A DNA stretch of 63,216 nucleotides, filler included. It is 9 parts of 9 records of this genome, joined end to end, with 100 filler letters (N's around TTAATTAATTAA, not from the genome) between each part and the next. Parts side by side here need not be neighbours in the genome. Positions count along the whole stretch, not along the records: positions 1 to 6,242 come from SRR31147125_66985; positions 6,343 to 12,447 come from SRR31147125_67003; 7 more parts are not named here. The stretch is one strand, 5' to 3'. The notes under the pieces are model-generated. The model ran no database searches, was not told the origin of the DNA, and saw only the letters and a program-made list of their open reading frames with translations. Below are positions 1-10,251 of this stretch, piece after piece (positions within the stretch are counted from its first letter, which is position 1; each line of letters begins with the position of its first letter). Position numbers and translations under genes: made by a program.

Positions 1-600
1 GTTGGGCGTGTCCTTGGCCCAGACGATGCCCTTGCCCAGGATCCGTTCGCCGTAATCGGCCATGAAGGTCAACACCTCGGGAAGGGTTTCCTCGCCGGGG
101 ATGATTTCAAGCAGTTTCATGTAGCGTACCGGGTTGAAAAAGTGGGTGCCGAGAAAATGCTGTTTGAAATCGGCGCTCAGGCCCTCGCTCATGCGTTTCA
201 GGGGGATACCCGAGGTGTTGGAGGAGACGATGGCTCCCGGTTTTCTGACCGGGTCGATGCGTCCCAGCAAGTCTTGCTTGACCTTCAGGTTTTCGACCAC
301 CACTTCAACGATCCAGTCGCATTCGGCCAGTTGGTTGAAATCGTCTTCCAGGTTGCCGATGTTGATCAAATCCGCGTCCTTGGGCTGCATGAAAAGGGCC
401 GGTCGGGTCATGCGCACCGTATCGAGCCCATGCTTGGCGATACGGTCACGGGCGGCCGGGTCGTTTTCCGCTTCCGAGAGATCGAACGGGACGATGTCCA
501 GCAGCAGTGTTTTTACTCCCGCACTGGCCAGCAGCGCGGCAATGCCGCCTCCCATTACACCGCTGCCGATGACGGCGGCCTTCCTGATTTTCCTGGTCAT
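1..600 (-). CDS. 3-hydroxyacyl-CoA dehydrogenase/enoyl-CoA hydratase (FadN-like), N-terminal part, runs off the window
   Basis: Manual translation MTRKIRKAAVIGSGVMGGGIAALLA (GxGxxG), VVENLKVKQ, SSNTSGIP, GTHFFNPVRYMKLLE, KDTPN; GGAGGG RBS upstream; absent from the ORF track. Confidence 0.93.
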   Translation of the reverse strand, partial: MTRKIRKAAVIGSGVMGGGIAALLASAGVKTLLLDIVPFDLSEAENDPAARDRIAKHGLDTVRMTRPALFMQPKDADLINIGNLEDDFNQLAECDWIVEVVVENLKVKQDLLGRIDPVRKPGAIVSSNTSGIPLKRMSEGLSADFKQHFLGTHFFNPVRYMKLLEIIPGEETLPEVLTFMADYGERILGKGIVWAKDTPN

Positions 601-930
601 GATTCCCTCCTGCGGATTTGAGTTGCCTTGCGTCGAGGTCGTGTGTCGTGGATGCAACCATCAATGAAACCTGCACCTGGCGTGTATGCCGCAACAAGGC
701 AGGTTGTTGGTTTGGTTTCAACAGGCCGCGGTGCATTTTCGCGATTCGGGATTCCTGTCCCTGGAGAATGGTCGTCACCGGCGTCCCTTTTTTATTTCGC
801 TTTTCCTTGTCCGGGTCATCTATGAACTCGGACACAAGGCTGTATTCTGGATACCGTTTTGGACGGTTGCTAATTTTGGAACCAAGGCCTCTATGGACCG
901 GGACAAGGGTGAGCGAAACCGAATATTTTA

Positions 931-948
931 TGAATGAATATTCATTCA
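931..948. promoter_or_regulatory. Perfect 18-bp palindrome TGAATGAATATTCATTCA, TetR-family FadR/YsiA-type operator
   Basis: Exact palindrome matching the TGAATGAnTAnTCATTCA consensus, upstream of a FadN-like gene. Confidence 0.8.
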
Positions 949-1096
949 ATTATCAGAGGATCAAACGGACTGTCAAGCGCAAACTGGGTAGGTTCAGTTT
1001 CGTTCAACTGCCTGTTTGATCGACCTAATATTTTCAAATAGTGGTTGTTATACGGTTGCCATGGGCCGGCGGCAGAGTAAAGCCGAATATCTATGG

Positions 1097-1114
1097 AGAA
1101 TGAATTATCATTCA
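1097..1114. promoter_or_regulatory. Second FadR/YsiA-like box AGAATGAATTATCATTCA
   Basis: Near-copy of the 931-948 palindrome (one arm mismatch). Confidence 0.6.
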
Positions 1115-1115
1115 G

Positions 1116-1861
1116 TCATGGAATCGGTTTGCCGTCGGCAAAGGCCGGCTCATGCAGCGGCAACAGAATGTCCGCCATTCGTTTCACGTTCACCAGGATA
1201 TCATAGGCGTCGTAGGCATTCACATGGGTCCCCGGAGGTATGACATCCATTTCCATGGCCCGGATTTGTTTAGGGGGAAAAAATTATCGTTGATCACGCA
1301 GAAGCCGGTGATAACCGCCGTTCCACCGGCGGTTTCGACCAATACGCTGAGTCCGCCTGCAGTGTGAGCCGGGGTGTGCATCACACGAATTCCATCGACG
1401 ATCTGCCGGTCCGTTTCCACCAGGCGCAGTTGGCCGTTTTCCTCCGCATCCTCTATGTAGTCGGGGACATATCTGAAATCCAGGGGATGGGGCTGGTGGA
1501 TGCGTTCAAGCTCCTTGGGATGCACGAAAATCTCGGCGTTGGCGCATTTGTAGTCATTCTCGCAATGGTCGTTGTGCAGGTGGGTGTGGATGATGGTATC
1601 GATGCGCTCCGGAGCAAGACCATGGCGATCCAGTCCTTCCTCAAAGGTATAAATGCGTCCGCCGATGGCCTGCTCGCGGTCTGCGGACTGCACCGGGTTC
1701 AATTCTCCGGTATCCACGATGATGGTGCGGCTTCCCCCTTCCAGATACCAACAATAAATGGGGATGGTATAGGGGGCGCCATAATCGTGCTGGTAGGTCA
1801 TCATGCCTTTGTCGAACTGTTTCGTGCCCATGACGATGGGATGAATCCGGTAGCGGCTCAC
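1116..1861 (-). CDS. Metallo-beta-lactamase-fold hydrolase (N-acyl homoserine lactonase family); one frameshift near 1273-1277
   Basis: THLHNDHC (HxHxDH), HTPAHTAG; restoring one base in the G-run continues FFPPKQIRAMEMDVIPPGTHVNAYDAYD...LPLHEPAF to TGA at 1116. Confidence 0.85.
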
Positions 1862-2217
1862 TGGTAGACCTCCTTGACGGTGTGTATTCTATCCATGTGG
1901 GGCGATTTTAGGGCATATGCTTTTAAAGGTCAACGCTTTTGGCCGGCGGGATCAGGATCGTCACCCGCTAAATAATCGCCCAATGGAAACAACGCCGGGT
2001 GAATTTGCCCTTCCGGTGGCCTTTTCACGTGTTGACAGGTTGTGGTACGAATCCTATACAAGAGCCCGACGCCTGCAATGCCAACGGTTGAATGAAAATC
2101 AAAGCGTGCGGTAGATGGTGGTTTGAAATAGGGCCCGATTCCTTCATCGGGTATTTGATTGCAATTGGGCATGCACGATCATCCGCCGGCTGATGCCCAT
2201 AACCAAAGGATTGATCC

Positions 2218-2559
2218 ATGGTTACGGAAAACGATATCGTACTGATCTATTTTGAAGACAACCCCCTGAGTTTTGCCCGCATAGAGCAGATTCTTCCCGA
2301 TAACAAGCCGGATTGGTATCATGTGAAACTGCTGATGCTTCAGGTCCCTTTGCAGGTGGTAACCTGGATTTTACGCGATCGCTACATTGCCGGGGACGAA
2401 TTTACCATGAACGGCAAACGTATGCGCCTGGAACGGGTGGTTTGTCCCGAGCCGCTGCCGGAAGCGGACGATCTTTCCGACGAACCCGGCGAAAGACCCG
2501 CGGCGCCGACCAATGGCAAGGCAACGGTGATTTCGCTTAAGGATAAACGGAAGTCTTAA
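2218..2559 (+). CDS. Hypothetical protein
   Basis: 113-aa ORF with AAGGA RBS, globular N-terminus and acidic/basic tail. Confidence 0.75.
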   Translation: MVTENDIVLIYFEDNPLSFARIEQILPDNKPDWYHVKLLMLQVPLQVVTWILRDRYIAGDEFTMNGKRMRLERVVCPEPLPEADDLSDEPGERPAAPTNGKATVISLKDKRKS

Positions 2560-2687
2560 ATCAAGGCCACACGGAAACGGCACCGTCAACCCGCTTTTAG
2601 GCGGGTGCGATCTACCCTTTCCGCTTAAACAAGAACCCCCCCACGCGCGAATTTTCGTGTTTGGTAACCATTGCCTCAACCGTTTTC

Positions 2688-3563
2688 ATGAAGCCCGAAC
2701 CTCAGCAGATTCTTTCCGTTTCCAGGCGTACGGACATTCCCGCATTTTACATGCCCTGGTTCATGGATCAGGTCAACCGCGGGCGCATCGAAGTCGTCAA
2801 TCCGTTCAACCGGCAGGTCAGGCGGGTGGCGGTGTCGCCCGAAACGGTGCACACCATGGTTTTTTGGTCCAAGAATTTCGCCCCTTTTCTGGATGGCGGG
2901 TATGGGGAGCGGATTCGGGCGATGGGATATCATCTGGTTTTTAATTTTACCGTCAATTCGCAGCTGCCGATCCTGGAGCCGGGTGTTCCGGATCTAACTC
3001 AGCGGCTCAACCAACTGCGTGAACTTTGCCGCCGCTTCGGCAGCTCCGCGGTGCAGTGGCGCTTCGATCCAATCTGCCATTACACCACACAAGCCGGGAA
3101 AACTAAGAACAACCTTGCCGATTTTGAAACCATTGCCGGGGTGGCCGGTGATTGCGGGATCGATTTATGCATTACCAGTTTCATGGACCATTACCGCAAG
3201 ATTGCCCGGCGGAGCCGACCCGGGTTTGCCTTCGTGGAACCGTCGGCGGGGGAGAAAACGGCAATATTGCTGAACATGGAACGGATTGTGTCGCCCCTTG
3301 GCATTGTATTGGCCCTGTGCTGCGAAAAAGATGTGCTGGAGGAATTACCCGCTCGATCCGGCATTCGATCCGCGGCGTGCATTTCCGCCCGGCGGATCAT
3401 GGCGGTGCATGGCGGACGGCTGGTGACGCGCCGGGATTCCGGCCAGCGCAAAGCATCGGGATGCGACTGCACGGTGTCGGTGGACGTGGGATCCTACCAC
3501 CTGCATCCCTGTTATCACAATTGTTTGTTCTGCTATGCCAACCCGGCCCGGGATCGAAGGTAG
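2688..3563 (+). CDS. DUF1848 family protein (radical-SAM-like, C-terminal CxxxCxxC)
   Basis: ILSVSRRTDIPAFY, VFWSKN, WRFDPI, C-terminal CYHNCLFCYAN. Confidence 0.88.
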   Translation: MKPEPQQILSVSRRTDIPAFYMPWFMDQVNRGRIEVVNPFNRQVRRVAVSPETVHTMVFWSKNFAPFLDGGYGERIRAMGYHLVFNFTVNSQLPILEPGVPDLTQRLNQLRELCRRFGSSAVQWRFDPICHYTTQAGKTKNNLADFETIAGVAGDCGIDLCITSFMDHYRKIARRSRPGFAFVEPSAGEKTAILLNMERIVSPLGIVLALCCEKDVLEELPARSGIRSAACISARRIMAVHGGRLVTRRDSGQRKASGCDCTVSVDVGSYHLHPCYHNCLFCYANPARDRR

Positions 3564-3571
3564 AGAAGACC

Positions 3572-4549
3572 ATGCGCATCGGTGCTGTAGAAATCGATAA
3601 CCTTACCGTACTGGCTCCCCTGGCCGGGATCACCAACCTGCCCATGCGGCTTTTAGCTAAACGGGGCGGATGTGGACTGGTTTGTTCGGAGATGATTAGC
3701 TCCAACGGCCTGGTTTACGGGTCTAAAAAAACCGTGCAGCTTTTGGATTCCACGGATGAGGAAAAACCTCTGTCGGTGCAAATATTCGGAGCCGAACCAC
3801 GGATGATGGCTGATGCGGCCCGCATTGTCCAGGATTCGGGCGCAGATATCGTGGACATCAACATGGGCTGCTCGGTCCGCAAAATCCTGAAAAGCAATTC
3901 AGGGTCGGCTTTGATGAAAGATCCACCGTTGGTGCGCCGGATCCTCAACGCGGTGCGCCAGGCGGTGACCATCCCCCTCACCATCAAGATCCGCTCGGGA
4001 TGGGATGCGTCCGGGCGACAGGCCGTGGAGATTTCACGATTGGCCGAGGCGTGCGGTGTGGATGCCGTCGCCGTTCATCCTCGTACATCCACCCAGGGCT
4101 TTCGGGGCAACGCCGATTGGGACATCATCGCGACCGTAAAAAAAGCGCTTTGCATTCCGGTTATTGGCAACGGCGATGTCATCACCCCCGCGGATGCCCT
4201 GCGCATGCTGTCGGAAACCGGTTGCGACGGCGTGATGGTGGGCCGGGCGGCCATTGGCAATCCGATAATTTTCGACCAGATCTTGTCGGCGATCCAGGGG
4301 CGGCCAGTCATTGATTTCGATGACCGCCGGCGCTTTACCATGATGATTGATTATCTTGCCGATTCTGTACGCTACCTGGGGGAGTCGACGGCTTGCCTGA
4401 TGATGCGCAGTCGCCTTTGCTGGTTCGTCAAAGGCATGCGCAATGCCGGCCAATTCCGCAACGCCATCCGCTTTATCGGGTCACAACGGGAGGCCGAGAC
4501 GCTGATCCGGCGGTATGCGGCGTCAAACGGCGTGGAGATCGGGCCATAG
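3572..4549 (+). CDS. dusB: tRNA-dihydrouridine synthase DusB
   Basis: LAPLAGITN, DINMGC, GSALM, TIKIRSGWD, VIGNGDV, DGVMVGRAAIGNP. Confidence 0.93.
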   Translation: MRIGAVEIDNLTVLAPLAGITNLPMRLLAKRGGCGLVCSEMISSNGLVYGSKKTVQLLDSTDEEKPLSVQIFGAEPRMMADAARIVQDSGADIVDINMGCSVRKILKSNSGSALMKDPPLVRRILNAVRQAVTIPLTIKIRSGWDASGRQAVEISRLAEACGVDAVAVHPRTSTQGFRGNADWDIIATVKKALCIPVIGNGDVITPADALRMLSETGCDGVMVGRAAIGNPIIFDQILSAIQGRPVIDFDDRRRFTMMIDYLADSVRYLGESTACLMMRSRLCWFVKGMRNAGQFRNAIRFIGSQREAETLIRRYAASNGVEIGP

Positions 4550-4618
4550 GCTGACGGTAGAGGGGGAAGGGAGGGGACGCTATCGTTTTTCCCTCTCAAC
4601 CGCAAACCAGGGTCCCTT

Positions 4619-5557
4619 TCAAGACCCCGGCACCACGATACTTCCTACCGGTGGCAGGTTGCCTGAGGCCGGCGTACCAAAAGCCTGACGATCGGTGACG
4701 CGCTCGATCGTTATCTGGCCGATTTTTTTGCCGGGAACATTGTACCGCTGTCCATCCAGGCCGGTCAGGGTGCCACGGGTATCCAGTACGCTGAACCGAT
4801 CACCGGAGGCGATGCCCACCTCACTGCCGGCCGGTATCGCACAAAGGCCGTTTTCAAGTGATGTCACCGAGGTCATCCAGCGGCTCTCCTCGACCGCCTT
4901 CCCCATCTGCTCGCCCAAGGCCTCGCCCATTTCTTTGGCGATTTCGACCAACTCAGTTACGGTTGTTTCCTGGCCGTTTTTAATCATCTGGGATTGCTGT
5001 TCGCTGATATCGATGGTTTCAGTCAGAATTCCCAAGGACAGGCGCGCGCCGGTGATTGCATCATAGGCTGCGGCGGCGGTCTGGATTTGAAGAACGTAGA
5101 AGACCTCGCGAAAAAACCAGTACCCGGTATCTTTCTTGTTCGTCCGGATGTCCATGATCATGGGGCTCAAGACGGCATTCATGCCTTCCTGACGGGCCGC
5201 GGCGGAAAGGCGGGATACGTCTATGTTGCCACCGGCATTGCGCGGCGGATCCATCAAAAAGGGTAGCTTGTCAGCGTCGCCCGAGAGAAGTCCCTGACCA
5301 TCCGCAGCAGCCGATTTCAAGCCGGACAGAAAGTTTTCCATAAACGGCGTGCTGATTTGATCGCTGGTAAAAACAGTCGTGTTGGTCAGAGCCAGAATGC
5401 CAATTCGCTTGCGGTAGGTATCGCTTGCCTCGAAGTCTCTAATGGTTTTAACGTCAGTCGGACGGTAAGATCGATCGATAACGCATCCTGAAACCAACAG
5501 CAGCAACACCAGTAAACTCGGCAACGCGGATTTTTTGTGGTTCTTTCTTTCCATCAT
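4619..5557 (-). CDS. Putative lipoprotein (alpha/beta domain plus small C-terminal beta domain)
   Basis: Signal peptide with lipobox LVSG-C; start overlaps the queF stop. Confidence 0.7.
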   Translation of the reverse strand: MMERKNHKKSALPSLLVLLLLVSGCVIDRSYRPTDVKTIRDFEASDTYRKRIGILALTNTTVFTSDQISTPFMENFLSGLKSAAADGQGLLSGDADKLPFLMDPPRNAGGNIDVSRLSAAARQEGMNAVLSPMIMDIRTNKKDTGYWFFREVFYVLQIQTAAAAYDAITGARLSLGILTETIDISEQQSQMIKNGQETTVTELVEIAKEMGEALGEQMGKAVEESRWMTSVTSLENGLCAIPAGSEVGIASGDRFSVLDTRGTLTGLDGQRYNVPGKKIGQITIERVTDRQAFGTPASGNLPPVGSIVVPGS

Positions 5558-5958
5558 GATGACGCCTCATGCCGGGCGCAGACACGAGTGGTCAGGCCGC
5601 CCCGGGATGTGAACTCGCCGACGACCTCCATGTTTCGAGGATTTAGCACCGCCACCAGGTCGTCGAGAATCCGATTGGCCACATGTTCGTAAAACATTCC
5701 TACCGTGCGAAATTGGAGTAGATAATATTTCAGTGATTTCAGTTCGACGATCGACTCGGCCGGCGTGTAGTTGATGGTGATGGTGCCGAAATCGGGCAGA
5801 CCGGTCATGGGGCAGACCGAGGTAAACTCCGGTTGCGCGATGGTAATGGTGATATCGCGTTTGTCTTTGTAGTGATAGTCGATGGGGTCCAGCATTTCCG
5901 TGGTGACGATGTCCGCGCTGTCCACCGTGTAGCGGATGGTATGGTCATAATTTTTCAT
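5554..5958 (-). CDS. queF: NADPH-dependent preQ0 reductase (type I)
   Basis: PEFTSVCPMTGLPDFG, VELKSLKYY, FYEH, RGG motifs. Confidence 0.95.
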   Translation of the reverse strand: MKNYDHTIRYTVDSADIVTTEMLDPIDYHYKDKRDITITIAQPEFTSVCPMTGLPDFGTITINYTPAESIVELKSLKYYLLQFRTVGMFYEHVANRILDDLVAVLNPRNMEVVGEFTSRGGLTTRVCARHEASS

Positions 5959-6130
5959 ATAACGCTCCTATGATGTTGAGTTGACCTGTTTTTAATGGAA
6001 CCTGGAGAAGCTGTCAAACGTTCTGTCTAGTCAATGACATAAATGATAATATCCCGATGCTTTTTTTCGGGCTCCAGTGGCAGCGGCGACCGACCAGCAT
6101 CGGCATGGGGTCGCAGTTTGAAAAATAGGC

Positions 6131-6158
6131 TTGACATTTTGATATTTTCTTCTATCAT
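6131..6158 (+). promoter_or_regulatory. Sigma70-like promoter upstream of the riboswitch
   Basis: TTGACA-16 nt-TATCAT. Confidence 0.55.
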
Positions 6159-6170
6159 AACCTCGCATTA

Positions 6171-6242
6171 TCAAAGGCGCTTATAAAAGAGCATAATAGG
6201 GAATTCCGTGAGAATCGGGAACGGGCCCGCCGCTGTAATCGG
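6171..6242 (+). ncRNA. Cobalamin riboswitch, 5' part (cut by contig end)
   Basis: AATAGGGAA-TTCCGTGAGAATCGGGAACGG-GCCCGCCGCTGTAA, the conserved B12-element core. Confidence 0.85.
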
Positions 6243-6342
6243 NNNNNNNNNNNNNNNNNNNNNNNNNNNNNNNNNNNNNNNNNNNNTTAATTAATTAANN
6301 NNNNNNNNNNNNNNNNNNNNNNNNNNNNNNNNNNNNNNNNNN
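6243..6342. other. Artificial contig linker (N-run, TTAATTAATTAA, N-run); also at 12448-12547, 19049-19148, 27415-27514, 33231-33330, 39057-39156, 45531-45630, 56824-56923
   Basis: Identical 100-nt spacer with stops in all six frames; base composition and gene content change across linkers. Confidence 0.98.
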
Positions 6343-7531
6343 CAGGTAATTTTGGGAAGGCGATAGGATGAATTCCCGAAGCATTTACAAGCGAAGTTGT
6401 AGTGCAGACACATTCTGGGTCAAGTCCTTGAATCGTTCCCATACTCACAACATCGGGAGAAAATATCTCGTTTGTATTGTTCCATATCGCATTTATCAAT
6501 GTGATGCCCGCTTTTCCATACCCATGTCCTCCACGCGTATTAGCTGCTAACTGGAAACCACGGGGATCAAGTTTTTCATAGAGCTCAAATGTCCTCTTTT
6601 CGATTACACTGACCACTTCGGCGCGTGTTGCATTCTTCGGCATAGTAATGTCGTCGATTATGTCTCCAACTTTCTCACGAACGCGGTCTACCATACGTTC
6701 CCAATGGTTATCAGAGTACTTTTGCAAATCCGCAAACGAATTGGGGTAATCGTAGTAAAACTCGAGATATGGTCCCATGGGAATATATCCGATAAATTTC
6801 TGCAAATCCGGCTCAACAAACTCTCGTCGCAGCGCAGGAAGGTTGACTTCTGACCAATCTAGCAATCGCATAAAAGCGTCATCCGTGACATCCTCTCCTT
6901 TGTAGAATACTTTGCACCATATTAAATGATTAAGACCGATTACTTCGACAAAGACATCATTTGGACTCTCTGAATGAAAAACTGTTTCCATCGCGTCGCG
7001 AACGACTGTTGGTCCATTGCACAGACCTGCAAATTTAATATTGGAATGCATTGTGAGTGCTTCGCTAATCATACCTGAAGGGTTTGCCAGATTGATAAGA
7101 TAACAGTTCTTTTCCGCATACAGCTCAATTGCCTTTGCTATCTCAAGCACAGCAGGAATTGTTTTGAAGCCCATTATCATGCCGCCGGGAGCAGTTGTTT
7201 CCTGCCCAATTAAATTGTGCTTGAACGGAAGTGTTTCGTCAAGATTGCGTCCCTCCGATTTACCCGGTCGAATGGTGCAGATGACAAAATCACAGTCCTT
7301 TACAGCCTCTTCCAGATTATTTGTTATAATCACTTTCGTTTCGATACCTGCATCACGCAGCATCTTTTCCACATAGTTTCCAGTACAATTTAGCCGGTAT
7401 TTGTCAATATCCATAAGTCGCCACTCAGAGACCGGCATGGTATCTCGGCGTTCAATAAGCATATTAGCAATATCCGGCAAGTACGATGAGCCTGACCCTA
7501 TACTCGCCAATATCATTTTTCTTTTGTTCAT
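6343..7531 (-). CDS. Glycoside hydrolase family 4 (NAD+/metal-dependent phospho-glycosidase), C-terminus truncated
   Basis: IGSGSSY, DFVICTIRPG, GQETTAPGG, INLANPSG, GLCNGP, GLNHLIW. Confidence 0.9.
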
Positions 7532-7549
7532 TTAAGATCCTTTCTATTT

Positions 7550-8944
7550 TTATATATTTTTCTCTCTGTACACGAATAGTGTTACGAGAAAAGCAAAAAC
7601 AAAACCAATACCTGCGGCAATGCAGCCATGTATAAAATTCGACTGTTCACCCCCTAAAAAGCCAATGACTCCGAGGAAATTACTTGGTCCGAAGGCATAG
7701 TATCCAACCTTCATTATGCCGGAATATAGTCCTGCTGCGGCACCCGCAATAACTCCGGGGATTAATAACTTACGGTGGTTAAAAATTATACCAAAAATCG
7801 AAGGCTCCGAAACGCCGCCTAGGAAATTAGATGCAAAGCAGGTAATGCCAAACTGTTTGTCTTTTGCGGTTTTTGCCTTTATAACATAACCAAGTATTAT
7901 GCCCATAACTACCCAGTTTAAATATACCATTGATACAGGCATTACTGCATACTCTACGCCATTAGCAAACAGCGCCGTCATAGCAATAAAGAAAATTGGA
8001 CGTATAAAACCGAGTGCAACCCCGATAACAGCTATTGCACCATATAATAGAGTCGCTACCGGTCCTGCAACCTCATACAAACCATAAAGTAGTTGACCAA
8101 GTCCAAAGCCAATAAAGTTGCCCGCAGGTCCGAGTACGCAAAGTGCCAATGGGAGCATGACCAGAATAGTTCCGCAAGGAATGACAATTACCTTAATAAC
8201 TTCGGGAATATACTTGTTGAGAAATTTTTCAACATAGGATTGAATCCAAGCGACTAACATAATCGGAATAATTGAGCCACTATAGTCAATCAACGTGACC
8301 GGTATGCCATAAACAGTATAATTTGCTCCAGCCTCCACTAAATCCAAGAATCCAGGATAAATCATTATGCCCGCAAGAGCAATTGTAATCAAAGGATTAG
8401 ATTTAAAACGTCTTGCTGCTGTATACGCAACAAAAACCGGTAAGAAATACAGGATAGACTGTGCAACAAAATAGAAATTTCTGTAGATGTCAGATTCTTC
8501 AGTCACCAATTTAAAGAATTGCGGTCCGATAAGTACAGCAATCATGTTGAAAATGCCGATGACCACAAATAGTGGGACAAGCGGTGAAAAGCAAGCAGAA
8601 AAAACATTGAACAGATTGGTGAAAAAAGACTTAATTCCTTTTGCTTTTGGATCAATATCAGGATCCAAATTTTCCTGAATTGCTGCGCTTTCTTTCAACC
8701 CAGTCATGTCAATAATGTCATTGTACACCGATTCTACACCTGCACCGATAACAATATGGAGTTCACCAGAAACCATTTGTACACCAAGTACCCCGTCAAC
8801 CTTTTTAATCTCATCAAGATTAGCCAAGCTGGCATCCTTTAGATTAAATCTTAGTCGAGTCATACAATGGAAAACGTCGCTTACATTCTCTTTTTTGCCA
8901 ACACGCTCCAGCAAACTGGAAGCAATTTTAGAATTTCTGTTCAT
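7550..8944 (-). CDS. PTS EIIBC, beta-glucoside/sucrose family
   Basis: EIIB HCMTRLRF phospho-Cys motif, multi-TM EIIC with GVSEPSIFG. Confidence 0.93.
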   Translation of the reverse strand: MNRNSKIASSLLERVGKKENVSDVFHCMTRLRFNLKDASLANLDEIKKVDGVLGVQMVSGELHIVIGAGVESVYNDIIDMTGLKESAAIQENLDPDIDPKAKGIKSFFTNLFNVFSACFSPLVPLFVVIGIFNMIAVLIGPQFFKLVTEESDIYRNFYFVAQSILYFLPVFVAYTAARRFKSNPLITIALAGIMIYPGFLDLVEAGANYTVYGIPVTLIDYSGSIIPIMLVAWIQSYVEKFLNKYIPEVIKVIVIPCGTILVMLPLALCVLGPAGNFIGFGLGQLLYGLYEVAGPVATLLYGAIAVIGVALGFIRPIFFIAMTALFANGVEYAVMPVSMVYLNWVVMGIILGYVIKAKTAKDKQFGITCFASNFLGGVSEPSIFGIIFNHRKLLIPGVIAGAAAGLYSGIMKVGYYAFGPSNFLGVIGFLGGEQSNFIHGCIAAGIGFVFAFLVTLFVYREKNI

Positions 8945-9225
8945 TTAATTATTTCTCCTTCTTTTTTTATAAATCATACGAAATCGTATAATTGAGCCAA
9001 ATCACTAGCTACCAGCTAAACGGGTGGTCTCGACGAACCCTAGAAAGCACTACCAACTAAATCTCAAGATTTATCGAAAGCTCTGTCAATTGTCTATTTA
9101 GCACTTTTGGTGCTAAAACATCTATTCTGATAAACTTATCTTCATGTTTTATATAAATCTGTGTTAAATTATCATTATTATTTTTTCTTTGGTTCCACCA
9201 ATCGAACTAGTATTTTTCTTATATT

Positions 9226-9297
9226 AAAAATAAAAACCTCGAAACGACAGTATCTTACACTGTTGCTCCGAGGTGATGCCCTTGCGGTTACAAGCCT
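9226..9297 (-). promoter_or_regulatory. RAT-like antiterminator site overlapping an intrinsic terminator upstream of EIIBC
   Basis: Minus strand GGCTTGTAACCGCAAGGGCATCACCT overlaps stem ACCTCGGAGCAACAGT...ACTGTCGTTTCGAGGT followed by TTTTATTTTT. Confidence 0.75.
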
Positions 9298-9371
9298 CAA
9301 TATTATTTAGTTGTATCACATGCACCAAAAGATATATGCACTCTTCCGGATAACCCATTTAATATCTTGAA

Positions 9372-10238
9372 CTAATGATCCGAGATGCCTTTGCGATTAT
9401 AATCCTCTTTGTTATAGAGTTGAATCACATGCACCATAAGGTATAGAAATTCCTCTAGAGGACACCTTTCAGAAAATTCTTTTAAAAAATATTCGTCTAT
9501 AAGAGTTACACATTTAAATACATCCGGATATGTGTTTTTTATGCTTTCGTAAAGCTCTTTTTTTTGGTTATCAAACAGTTCTCCTCGATCTTTCCTTTGT
9601 ACGAATAACTTCAGGTGGTTCTTAAATCGAAAATAATGAAAGCTCTTCTTGTCGATATTGATTTTGAAGAAATCTTCGATAATGTTCGTAATGCTTTCGA
9701 TTATAATCACAATCTTTTGCGGTGAGTGCTTTTGTTTTCTTGAAGTTTCACGTCGCTCCAGTGCGTTTAAAAGGTGCATAGTGATGCTGGTTACCTCATC
9801 CACTTCTAGTGATACCTTTAACTCTTCATTGATTTTTCGAATAAACCATTTTGCAATATCTGTCAGTTCGCGATGTTCATATTCAAGTTCATAAGAATAA
9901 GGAAGCGGAATGCTCATGCCTTTGCGGTTTCGCTGAACAGCAAAGTGAATATGATCTGCCAAAATAAAAACCACGTTCGGATTCCAGTTGCCACCGATTT
10001 TAATCTTTACCATATCCAGCAGCTTTGTAACAATCAGGAAGATATCCTCAGGGATTTCATTGAATAATTCGTAATATCTGCTATCGATGTTATAAAAAGT
10101 TCTTTCTATTCTTGACAAGTCTATCAGATTGTACGGCATCTGACCAAAGCCAATCCCTTTACCGAAGATGATGACTTCATGATTATCTTTATCTAACCCG
10201 ATAGCAACATTATTGTTAATTTTTCGAATTACTTTCAT
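9372..10238 (-). CDS. BglG/LicT family transcriptional antiterminator (CAT plus two PRD domains)
   Basis: MKVIRKINNNV...GKGIGF CAT domain; LADHIHFA PRD histidine. Confidence 0.93.
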   Translation of the reverse strand: MKVIRKINNNVAIGLDKDNHEVIIFGKGIGFGQMPYNLIDLSRIERTFYNIDSRYYELFNEIPEDIFLIVTKLLDMVKIKIGGNWNPNVVFILADHIHFAVQRNRKGMSIPLPYSYELEYEHRELTDIAKWFIRKINEELKVSLEVDEVTSITMHLLNALERRETSRKQKHSPQKIVIIIESITNIIEDFFKINIDKKSFHYFRFKNHLKLFVQRKDRGELFDNQKKELYESIKNTYPDVFKCVTLIDEYFLKEFSERCPLEEFLYLMVHVIQLYNKEDYNRKGISDH

Positions 10239-10251
10239 CGCAGTCTCTCCA

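Noticed and set aside
134-1019. Plus-strand ORFs here and similar antisense ORFs elsewhere (for example 21632-22447, 33279-34052, 44372-44911)
   Set aside because: Shadows of real opposite-strand genes or of intergenic DNA, with no recognisable motifs.
3152-3571. Long N-terminal extension of DusB
   Set aside because: It overlaps DUF1848 in another frame; the DusB motifs begin after ATG 3572.
6243-6342. Recurring TTAATTAATTAA flanked by N as a biological repeat
   Set aside because: Artificial all-frame-stop linker. ORFs ending in X...LIN are artefacts, and gene adjacency across linkers means nothing.
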